Below, one piece after another: positions 43,277 to 54,800 of a stretch of DNA of 64,000 nucleotides (its first letter is position 1; each line of letters starts with the position of its first letter). This DNA comes from Octopus sinensis (Eukaryota), in the NCBI RefSeq assembly GCF_006345805.1, contig NW_021833048.1:1-64000 (forward strand), in the 5' to 3' direction. Position numbers and translations under genes: made by a program. Below the pieces are notes generated by a model. It saw only the letters and a list, made by a program, of their open reading frames with translations. It was not told where the DNA came from and made no database searches.

Positions 43277-44185
43277 ACAAGGTAAAGTTTTTTTTTTTAT
43301 GTACTTCGAAATTTGCTATAAAATTGTGGTTTTTTGCCCGTGTTTGGCTGCTATTTCCAGCATGTAAAAATTACCTGTTAAAGGGTAATTGTCTATTTTG
43401 AAATACGTATGTATATATGTGTATATATAACTATTATAAACACTCGTTAACACACATACAGACACGCAAGCATATACACTCAAACACGAACACACATATA
43501 TACAGATCCATACATGCACGCACACACACACAAAAATAGAAAAGCACACGCACGCACACACACAGACACACACATTTACACACACACACCTTCACACACG
43601 CACGCGCGCACACACAAACATTCACACAATTAGACGCCTTCACACACGCACGCACATACAGACACTCACACCTTCATACATGAATGCACACACACACACA
43701 CAGAGTCACTCACACTTTCACACACGCACGCACACACACATTCACACACGCACACCTTCATACATGAATGCACACACATACACTTACACCTTCACACATG
43801 CACGCACATACACAGAGACACTCACCCACGAACGCACGCACACACAGACACTCACACATTCACACACTCACATCTTTACACACGCACGCACACACACAGA
43901 CACACATCTTCACACACGCACGCACACACACACTGACACTCACACATTCACACTCACATCTTCACACACACACTGACACTCACATCTTCACACACAGACA
44001 CTCACAAACACACACCTTCACACACGCACGCACACACAGACACACTCACACCTTCACACACAGACATTCACACCTTCACATACGCACGCACACACACACA
44101 GACACTCACACACACAGACACTCTTTCACTCACACCTTAACGCACGCACTCACACTCATCCCTCCCTTCCCTGCATTCACTCATA

Positions 44186-44245
44186 TTTAAACTGACCAAT
44201 CAGAATCCCGCATTTCAAAATCGCGCTGAAACCAACATTTTTGAA
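44186..44245 (+). promoter_or_regulatory. Candidate cell-cycle promoter: CCAAT box with CHR-like sites
   Basis: TTTAAA 44186-44191, GACCAATCAG (CCAAT 44196-44200), TTCAAA 44214-44219, CGCGC, TTTGAA 44240-44245, all within 80 bp upstream of the ATG. Confidence 0.55.
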
Positions 44246-44263
44246 AACCCGAAACCCAACAGA

Positions 44264-44291
44264 ATGGAAGCTGAAGACAAACGGAAAAGTG
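44264..44291 (+). CDS. CKAP2: CKAP2-like exon 1 (MEAEDKRKS)
   Basis: AGAATGG start context; donor G|GTGAGT at 44292; promoter-like motifs immediately upstream. Confidence 0.65.
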
Positions 44292-45020
44292 GTGAGTTTT
44301 TATCGAAAAACCAAAGCAAAACAAACACCATTTCACCTGTCTTTTAATGAATTTATTTACTTTGAAACACCTAAGATTTCCGATCTAATCTTACATTATA
44401 AATTCTCGTTCCTTCTTTGCTAAATTTCCCCAGTTTATTAATATATACAGGGTATAAGTACACAAGCGGGCCCCACCGATTTGTTTCTTTATAATTTTAT
44501 AGAAAAAATGATATTTTTTTAATGAAATTTGTTACAAGTATTTTTCAGATGGTTTAGATTATTGTTATAACGTTAATATAATGAATGGGTAAGACCTTGG
44601 GCAAGTGTCTTCTACTATAGCCTTGGGCCGACTAAAGCCTTGTGAGTGGATTTGGTAGACGGAAACTGAAAGAAGCCCGTGGTATATATGTATATATATG
44701 TATGTATGTGTGCATGTTTGTGTGTCTGTGTTTGTTCCCCCTAGCATCGCTTGACAACCGATGCTGGTGTGTTTACGTCCCCGTCACTTAGCGGTTCGGC
44801 AAAAAGAGACCGATAGAATACGTACTGGGCTTACAAAAGAATAAGTCCCGGGGTCGATTTGCTCGACTAAAAAAAAGGCGGTGCTCCAGCATGGCCGCAG
44901 TCAAATGACTGAAACAAGTAAAAGAGTAATGGGCATGTCGATATTCATACTGACACACATAACACTTTTTTCATGCCTTATCATCTTCTTCCTCTTTCGA
45001 TTGTTAGCCGTGGCATCTGA

Positions 45021-45051
<31 letters not shown>

Positions 45052-48000
45052 TCAGATGCTTACGGCTAAAAAATCATCCATGTATATATATATATATCGG
45101 TAAATGTTTTTGATTTTCACTCTCGATAAGTTTATCCCCTTTTTGTGTCCCCAGCACTTGGCATCCTTATTTAGGAGCCCTTAATTATATTTCTACATGA
45201 ATAATATTTTGTCTAATGACTAATTCGTCCTTTGTGCTGGGCCACTGGTAGTAATCTATATTACTACCCTTTTTGTTTATATTCGCATATATATATATAT
45301 TATATGTATAGGATGATACAAATATTTAACGAAGCACTGTCTCTCTTTTTCTCTCTATCAACCTACCTCGACATTGTTTCCTCATAGCTTAAAAAAAATG
45401 ACATATTTTTAATGAAATTCCGTTTGGGCATAGCTTTGTGGCGGGCTCTGATAAGGAGGATTGATGTATGGTACTCCTAGCGAACAGTGGTCCCGGTGCG
45501 CGCACTCGCACATCAGCGCCAGCTAGTCGTAAGTAGTCGATCCTACAACGACCTTTTAACCCTAAACCTAATCCTAATTTTTTAGCCCTAACCTTAGTTT
45601 GTTTATAAAAATAATCTAAAAATTGTAGGATCGACTACTTACGACTAACTAGGGAGGATGCGTAAGTGCGCGCACTGGGACCACTGTTCGCTTGTAGTAC
45701 CTGATGTATTTTATTGATTTTTTTTTTATATCTTTGTATGATTGATTTTGTGAACTAATCGTTAATTATAAAAGAAACGTTGTATTCGAGGGTTTGTTGG
45801 TCGGTGCGCGCCGACCCCCCTCTCATCTGTATTATTTTGTTTCATTTCATCTCATCTTGTCTGTGTTCAGCCCACAAGCTTCTTCTGTGTAAGGCCTATA
45901 TGACCAATCTTCATGAAATAAAGAAGTGTGTTTCCATCCAACCACATGGTTCCATTCCACTGCATTGCATAGGCCTCTTCTATAACCCCGGGCCGACAAA
46001 AACCTCGAATGGATTTGTTTGACGGAAACCGATCGTATATGATGATCGAAATTTAGCCATATATACATATATGTAACCACAAATGAATCGTTGGCGATTT
46101 TTCCCCCTCCGCCTTCCTTTTCTCTTGGACTTTCCTCTGTCTCCCGTTTCTGAAGAAGAACTTTGCTCGGAACGTAAAACCGCCTTTTTTTTTCCTTCCC
46201 CGAATGTCTGTTAATACTTTGCATGTTCCACGTCCTCACGTTACTCTTTTACTCGTTTCAGTCGTGTGACTGTGGCCATGCTGCAGCACCGCTTTTAGTC
46301 GAACTAATCGACCCCGGGACTTATTCTTTGTAAGCCTAGTATTTATTCTATCGGGCTCTTTTTGCCGAACCGCTAATTTATGGGGACGTAAACACACCAG
46401 CGTCGGTTGTCAAGTGATGTTGGGAGGACAAACACAGACACACAAACATACACACACGCACATACACATTGATTTTTTGGATATCTTTGTATAATTGTAT
46501 ATATACGACGGGCTTCTTTCAGTTTCCGTCTACCAAATCCACTCAAGGCTTTGGTCGGCCCGAGGCTATAGCAGAAGACATTTGCCCAAGATGCCACACA
46601 TTGGGACTGAACCCGGAACCATGTGGTTGGTAAACAAGCTACTTACCACACAGACACTCTTACACCTACATAATTAATACTTAATTAATTCAATACATCA
46701 TCATTATCGTCATCACCATTTAACATCCGAGTGGTTGGCGTTAGGAAGGGCATCCAGCCGTAGAAAAACTGCCAGATCTGACTGGGCCTGACGAAGCCTT
46801 CCAGCTTCACAGACCCCAGTTGACCCGTCCAACCCATGCTAGCATGGAAAGCGGACGCTAAACGATGATGATGATGATGATGATGTCCATGATGGCATGG
46901 GTTGGATGGTTTGACCAGGGCTTGGAGGCTGCACCAGACTCCAGTTCGATTTGGCATGGTTTTTCTACTGCTGGATGCCCTTCCTAATGCCAACCACTCC
47001 AAGAGTGTAATGGGTGCTTTTACTTCCCACTGCCACGACCACGATTTCTCTTACCTTGGTGGGTCTTCTCAACCACGGCATAATGCCAAAGGCTTTGGTC
47101 ATTTGTCATTGCCTCGGTGAGGCCAACACTTCAAAGGTGCTTTTTATGTGCCACTGGCATCGGCCACCTTGCCTATCCACGTTTAATGTCTGTTTTCTAT
47201 GCTGGCATGGGTTGGATGGTCTGACAGGAGCTAGTCAGGCCAGGGCCACACCTGGCTCCGTTGTCTGTTCTGGCATGGTTCCTTTCTATGGCTTGTTGCC
47301 CTTCCTAATGCCAACCACTTTACAGAGTGGACTGGGTGCTTTTAACGTGGCCCCCATCACTGACAGGATCACCAAAGTACCTTGCAAGACAAAAAAAAAA
47401 CCCTCAGCTAGGAGCAGGGAGTAGTACTGAATGGGTGTGGCTTTGTGCCAATTGTGGAATTTCAGGTACAGTGGGGACAGGTAGGTGTCTTGCTGTGGTG
47501 TGGACACATGGGTATCCCAGCTAGGAAATGAAAGAGGGTGAGATGGAGAGTAAAATAAAGGGGGCGGTAGTGAGAGACATGGTGACAGAGGTGTGTTGGG
47601 ACATTGGGGGTGGTAAGCAGGGATGTGGGGTCGAAACAAAAAAATTTGACTCTTGACTCCTCTACTATTGGGACCTCTGACTCCACTTTATGTAATTAAG
47701 TGATTGTGGTCTACATATCTCAAAGCATATGAATATACTTGTACTTTGAGTCGGCCTATATGTTATAACTGGCTTATATTGAAGAATTAAGATATTGTGA
47801 GTCAGTCAGTATAGTTTTACTGACTCTGACTCCAGCTACCCTTTCATTGTTTCTGACTCCAACTATGACTCTGACTTCATGACTCCAACTATTACTCCAA
47901 CTTCACGACTCCAACTATTACTCTGACTTCACGACTCCGACTTCACGACTCCAACTATGACTCCGACTTCACAACTCCAACTATGACTCCGACTACACAA

Positions 48001-48848
48001 CTCAACTATGACTCCGACTACACAACTCTAACTATGACTCCGACTACACAACTCTAACTATGACTCCGACTTCACAACTCCAACTATGACTCCGACTACA
48101 CAACTCTAACTATGACTCCGACTACACAACTCTAACTATGACTCCGACTACACAACTCTAACTATGACTCCGACTACACAACTCTAACTATGACTCCGAC
48201 TTCACAACTCTAACTATGACTCCGACTACACAACTCTAACTATGACTCCGACTACACAACTCTAACTATGACTCCGACTACACAACTCTAACTATGACTC
48301 CGACTACACAACTCTAACTATGACTCCGACTTCACAACTCCAACTATGACTCCGACTTCACGACTCCAACTATGACTCCGACTACACGACTCCAACTATG
48401 ACTCCGACTACACGACTCCAACTATGACTCCGACTACACAACTCCAACTATGACTCCTTGTCTGTGCCAGTCATGAAGCCAAACATCCCTGAAAGTTTGA
48501 TCCGAATCCACCCAGCAGTTCTTGGGATATGTTGTCCACAGACAAACAAACAAATATGACTGAAAACAATGATGGTTTCTTAATGATTCCCCCTCTCTCT
48601 CCCCCTAACCCCCTGATGTTACTTTTCACCTTTTTTTTTGTCATTATTCTTTTCCCTAACAGTGTTCCTACTCTTTCCCAACAATAAGCCTGAACAACAC
48701 CAATGGACCCTAACAAATTCCAGAAGGCTTTGGTCAACCGGAGACCATAATGGAAGACACTTGCCCAAGGTGCCACGCAGTGGGACTGAACCCTCATCCA
48801 TGTGGTTGGGAAGCAAGCCACTTACCACACAGCCACTCCATATATATT

Positions 48849-48887
<39 letters not shown>

Positions 48888-51800
48888 CTTAATAAATATG
48901 TACTTAGAGGAAATAGCTAACGGTTTTTGGCTGCTATTTCTAAACTTCGGTATGTGGTAAAGCAAATCTTTACTGAACCCTAATTAATAAGTATTACTTA
49001 AGTTTACCATGAAATGGTCCCTTTTTCATGCCGAATTCTACTTGGTGAAATTATTGATTACTTGTTAACTAATTAATTTTACCCTTTGTTATTATTGATA
49101 CATATATATAGGCGCAGGATTGGCTGTGTAGTAAGTAGCTTGCTAACCAACCACATGGTTCCGAGTTCAGTCCCACTGAGTAGCATCTTGGGCAAGTGTC
49201 TTCTGCTATAGCCCCAGGCCGACCAATGCCTTGTGAGTGGATTTGGTAGACGGAAACTGAAAGAAGCCCGTCGTATATATGTATATATATGTATGTATGT
49301 GTGTGTATGTGTTTGTGTGTCAGTGTTTGTCCCCCTAGCATTGCTTGACAACCAATGCTGGTGTGTTTACGTCCCCGTAACTTAGCAGTTCGGCAAAACA
49401 TACCGATAGAATAAGTACTGGGCTTACAAAGAATAAGTCCCAGGGTCGATTTGCTCGACTAAAAGGCGGTGCTCCAGCATGGCCGCAGTCAAATGACAGA
49501 AACAAGTAAAAGAGTATATATATATAGTACCGCATCGACTGGCCTCCGTGCTGTGGGCACGTAACAAACACCATCCGACCATGGCCGTTCGCCAGCCTCA
49601 TCTGGCACCTGTGTCGGTGGCACATAAAAACACCATCCGAAGACCCGGCAAGACTAGTCAGGCCATAACCCGTGGCCCCTACCTGGGACATAGTCAGTCC
49701 ACCTGTGCATACCTTCCTATTGTGACACTTGTGAAGACCTGTTGAGGCAAGTGAAAATCAAAACAAATCAAATAGATGAACATCAATGGAATTTGTATCT
49801 TTGTGGTACCAGTGCCGGTGGCACACAAGAAAACCATCCGAACGTGGCCGTAGCCAGTACCGCATCGACTGGCCTCCGTGCTGTGGGCACGTAACAAACA
49901 CCATCCGATCGTGGCCGTTCGCCAGCCTGATCTGGCACCTGTGTCGGTGGCACATAAAAACACCATCCGAAGACCCGGCAAGACTAGTCAGGCCATAACC
50001 CGTGGCCCCTACCTGGGACATAGTCAGTCCACCTGTGCATACCTTCCTATTGTGACACTTGTGAAGACCTGTTGAGGCAAGTGAAAATCAAAATAAATCA
50101 AATAGATGAACATCAATGGAATTTGTATCTTTGTGGTACCAGTGCCGGTGGCACACAAGAAAACGCATCGACTGGCCTCCGTGCTGTGGGCACGTAACAA
50201 ACACCATCCGATCGTGGCCGTCTGCCAGCCTTGTCTGGCACCTGTGTCGGTGGCACATAAAAAACACCATCCGAGCGTGGCCATCTGCCAGCCTCGTCTG
50301 GCACCTGTGTCGGTGGCACATAAAAAACACCATCCGAGCGTGGCCGTCTGCCAGCCTCGTCTGGCACCTGTGTCGGTGGCACATAAAAAACACCATCCGA
50401 GCGTGGCCGTCTGCCAGCCTCGTCTGGCACCTGTGTCGGTGGCACATAAAAAACACCATCCGACCGTGGCCGTTTGCCAGCCTCGTCTGGCACCTGTGTC
50501 GGTGGCACATAAAAACACCAATCCGACCGTGGCCGTTTGCCAGCCTCGTCTGGCACCTGTGTCGGTGGCACATAAAAACACCAATCCGACCGTGGCCGTT
50601 TGCCAGCCCTGTCTGGCACCTGTGCAGGTGGCATGTAAAAAGCACCCACTTCACTCACGGAGTGGTTGGCGTTAGGAAGGGCATCCAGCTGTAGAAACAC
50701 TGCCAGATCTGATGGCCTGGTGCAGCCTTCTGGCTTCCCAGATCCCCGGTCGAACCGTCCAACCCATGCTAGCATGGAAAGCGGACGTTAAATGATGATG
50801 ATGATGATGATATATATATATATATATATATATATATCATCATCATCATCATCATCTGGACAAAAGAGATTGATAGAATAAGTACGTGGCTTAGAAAAAT
50901 CAAGCACCTGGGTCGATTTGTGCAAGTGAGACCCTTCGAGGCGGTGCTCCAGCATGGACGCAGTCTAATGACTGAAACAAGTGGAAGAATTTATGCCTTG
51001 TGTTTAACACCTGTTTATCGTTGCCAGAGCAACAAGCTGGTCTCCGAGCCAATGGCACATGAAAAAGAATTCGAGCGAGGTCGTTCCCAGTGCACCCGCA
51101 CTGGCCCCTGTGCAGGTGGCACCTAAAAAGCACCATTTGGGCGTGGCCGTTGCCAGTACCTATTTCTTTACTACCCACAAGGGGCCAAACACAGAGAGGA
51201 CAAACAAGGACAGACAAACGGATTAAGTCGATTACATCGACCCCAGTGCGTAACTGGTACTTATTTAATCGACCCCGAAAGGGTGAAAGGCAAAGTCGCC
51301 TGACTGGCCCTCGTGCCGGTGGCACGTAAAAGCACCCACTACACTCGGAGTGGTTGGCGTTAGGAAGGGCATCCAGTTGTAGAAACTCTGCCAGACTGGA
51401 GCCTGGTGCAGCCATCTGGTTCGCCAGTCCTCAGTCAAATTGTCCAACCCATGCTAGCATGGAAAGCGGACGTTAAATGATGATGATATATCAAAAAGTC
51501 GGATCTTTTCGGTTTGAATGGCAGTTTTTTTCTAGCGGTGTCATGAAATTGTCACCCATAATTATGACCCTAGTATCGATCTATTGCATTTCAATCTGTT
51601 TTAGGGTTAGGGGTGGGGGGAAGGGTATCTTTTTTTCTTCAGAAATGTAAATAAACCCAATCTGTTTCTTAAACGGGGGACATATTCATACGGCACAGAA
51701 TGTTTTTTTACCTCAATAGACGTCAGTGATTGGTTGAAATTGCAGAAATTGAAGAAATTAAAGACCAAATATCTTACAAACTACAGAATTTTCTCAATAA

Positions 51801-54800
51801 AGAATGGCGATCCCCCAGCATGGCCACAGCTATCAAACCGAAAAGATCCCTCAATTTAGCTATTCAATAAACTAAGTATCAAAGTGACAAAAACCACTGA
51901 AGGCACCCCCTCCCCACCATCTGCGAATGAATTTATTAAATTATCGCAAAAAAGTAAAAAACGAAAAAAAAAAAACGTTTAAAATAAGGGGAGGTAATTA
52001 TGAGTCGTTTAGTATTAATATAAGGGAGGTAATAATGATAGAGTGCCGGCAAGTGAACCTCTATGTGGTTGCTAGATCTGCTAGAAATAACAGTAAAAAT
52101 TTTTTTCCTTATATCCATTTTACCATTTCAGAAAAATGGGGTCACCATTGATGATGTAGTAGAACTCTATAGACAATGCCTTACAGAAAGACAGGCTTGC
52201 CATGGTTTGAACGTTCCAGGCGTGACCATTATTCTAGATGCACCTGGCTCTTTCCTATTTTAGGGGTTGTAGGTTTTGATTTGAGAGCAACCTGGAGAGT
52301 TGCTATGGGTGCAATTTGAATTCAGCACACGAAAGGATTATTGCACCACAAGACATTTAGATGGGCGCTCTACCAATTCTATTATCCACCACCCGATAAA
52401 TATTCCTGTTCTTCTATGTAATTCTATTTTTTTTCTCAAGATTATTTGAAGCGCTGGCAGTTATACCGGTCAGAGAAAGACAAATATGTGAAAGCCAAGC
52501 CGGCTTCGAATTTACGGTAAGTGGAGTGGAAATAATTGCTTAACCCTTCAACTGCAAAATTAAATTTCATGGGTTATTCCAATAATGATTTTTAAGAATC
52601 TACCAAAAAATTAGAATTGGTATTTTATGCCAGTCACATTATCTCAAATAAATTTGACATTTCTCATCAAAAACTAGTTTCAAGCATGATATTCCTCAGC
52701 AAAAGATTATCTTCTATATATATAAATGGCAAAATGTTTGTCTGTGTGTGTGTGTCCTTTATACAAATCCACAATTTTTCAGTTAGAGGGCTCGCACTTT
52801 CTGTGGTCATTCAAAACTGTCCAAGGGTGGTTGTGCACATCTTTACATTTCCCCAGTCACCCAGCAAATCTCTATATATATAAACGGCAAAATGTCTGTG
52901 TGTGTGTGTCCTTTATACAAATCCACAATTTTTCAGTTAGAGGGCTCGCACTTTCTATGGTCATTCAAAACCATCCAAGGGTGGTCGTGCACATCTTTAC
53001 ATTTCTCCAGTCTCCCCGCAAAGCCATTAAATATATATATAAACGGCAAAATGTGTGTGTGTGTCCTTTATACAAATCCACAATTTTTCAGTTAGAGGGC
53101 TTGCACTTTCTATGGTCATTCAAAACCGTCCAAGGGTGGTCGTGCACATCTTTACATTTCCCCAGTCTCCCCGCAAAGCCATTAAATATATATATATATA
53201 AACGGCAAAATGTCTGTCTGTGTGTGTGTCCTTTATACAAATCCACAATTTTTCAGTTAGAGGGCTCGCACTTTCTATGGTCATTCAAAACCGTCCAAGG
53301 GTGGTCGTGCACATCTTTACATTTCCCCAGTCACCCCGCAAAGCTATTAAAAAATCAATAGAAGTGACTTTTTTGTGAATTTTCTTTCCAAAACCCAATC
53401 AAAATGCCCGAAACTTAATACACCAATTGAATGCCAGCTAGCTGTATGTGATTGGTCGGAGATTTGGACAGTACTCGCGTGTATGTGCGCATGCACGCAG
53501 CAGTATATGCATGCACTAGTTGGAATATAAAACTGCTTTCTGCAATTAAGGGTAATGACAGTTGAGGGGATGTATCTGATTTCCACAGTAAAAGGGTTCA
53601 GCCCTTCTTCCTCAATTTTTAACCTTTCTTTATCTTTTCTTAATATTTTTTTTTGTATTCCATGTTACATAAATATTTAACCCATTCTTGGTGTTATGAA
53701 GTAAACCTTTGCAACCATCATCATCGTCGTCATCATCATTTTAGTACAATCTTTTATGTTAGCATGGGTTAGACAAGTTCCTCTTCAGTACAGAGTTAAA
53801 GTCCTTCATCATCTCCTTCATGAAGTCCAACATCCTGAGATCAACTCCTACCATTTCTTTCTGTCATTTTCATTTTCATCATCATCATCATCGTTTAACG
53901 TCCGTTTTCCACACTAGCATGGGCTGGACGGTTCGACCGAGGTCTAGTAAGCCATGGAGGCTGCACCAGGCTCCAGTCTGATCTGGCAGTGTTTCTACAG
54001 CTGGTGGTCCTTCCTAACGCCAACCACTCCGTGAGTGTAGTGGGTGCTTTTTACGTGCCACCGCCACAGGTGCCAGAGGAGGCTGGCAACGGCTACAATC
54101 GGTTGGTGCTTTTTACGTGCCACGCAAACTGGAACTTTAACGCAGCTCTTGTCCCTCCTTAGTTCTGTTCCAAGCTAGCTCCGACTCTCGCTTCCAAGTG
54201 TCTTTTGTACCTTTGTTTCACTGGAGAGCTACATTCTCGTCCCTTCAGCAACCATTTGTAGCAGCAGTTCCCATTCTTTCATCTCCGTATCAAAGAGGGC
54301 CAGTAAAACCCCTCTCGTTCCCTACTTACATCCTCACCAATGGCATCTGATTCACAGACACCTCCTTATAAACCACAAAACATTTTGCAACTCTGATCCT
54401 CTCATTGCAGAACTCTGGCAACTATTCACCTTTGTCTCCACCCCTGGGTGAGTATCTCTAAATGCCTAGCTTCTCTCGTAGCTAGTTAACCCCGATTTTG
54501 TCCCTTAGCTCCTTTGTACTATTCTTTCCATGCCTTGTAGTTTTTATGGCTATATCTGCCATACCATTCCACCACCTTGTCACCGTCCACCTTGTTCTGT
54601 CCACAGATCTGGTCTGTGGTTCACAGCAGATTGTTCAGTGGGAACTCCTAGCTGTCGTCTTTGTTAACCTTTTTGTTACCTTATTTCTGTTGAGATGCTC
54701 TGTGTTTCTTTCAATTGATTTTAAATATAACAAAGAATTTAGTAAAATAACTTAGTTTATCATTAAGCTAGTGTTAGGAACATAAATTGTGACTAAGGTT

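Noticed and set aside
41300-45600. TAACCCT/TTAGGG-like runs as interstitial telomere
   Set aside because: Only 2-4 imperfect units, all internal to MITEs
47860-50645. CRISPR-like appearance of the 26-bp and 63-bp arrays
   Set aside because: Head-to-tail units without unique spacers, no cas genes, eukaryotic context
50024-50775. 21-aa repeat ORFs open in several frames
   Set aside because: Consequence of a 63-bp tandem unit in SINE family C; no splice or homology support
52132-52263. Extra CKAP2-like exon after the TTTCAG acceptor at 52131
   Set aside because: The phase required by exon 1 gives a stop within 7 codons; exon 52441-52516 fits instead
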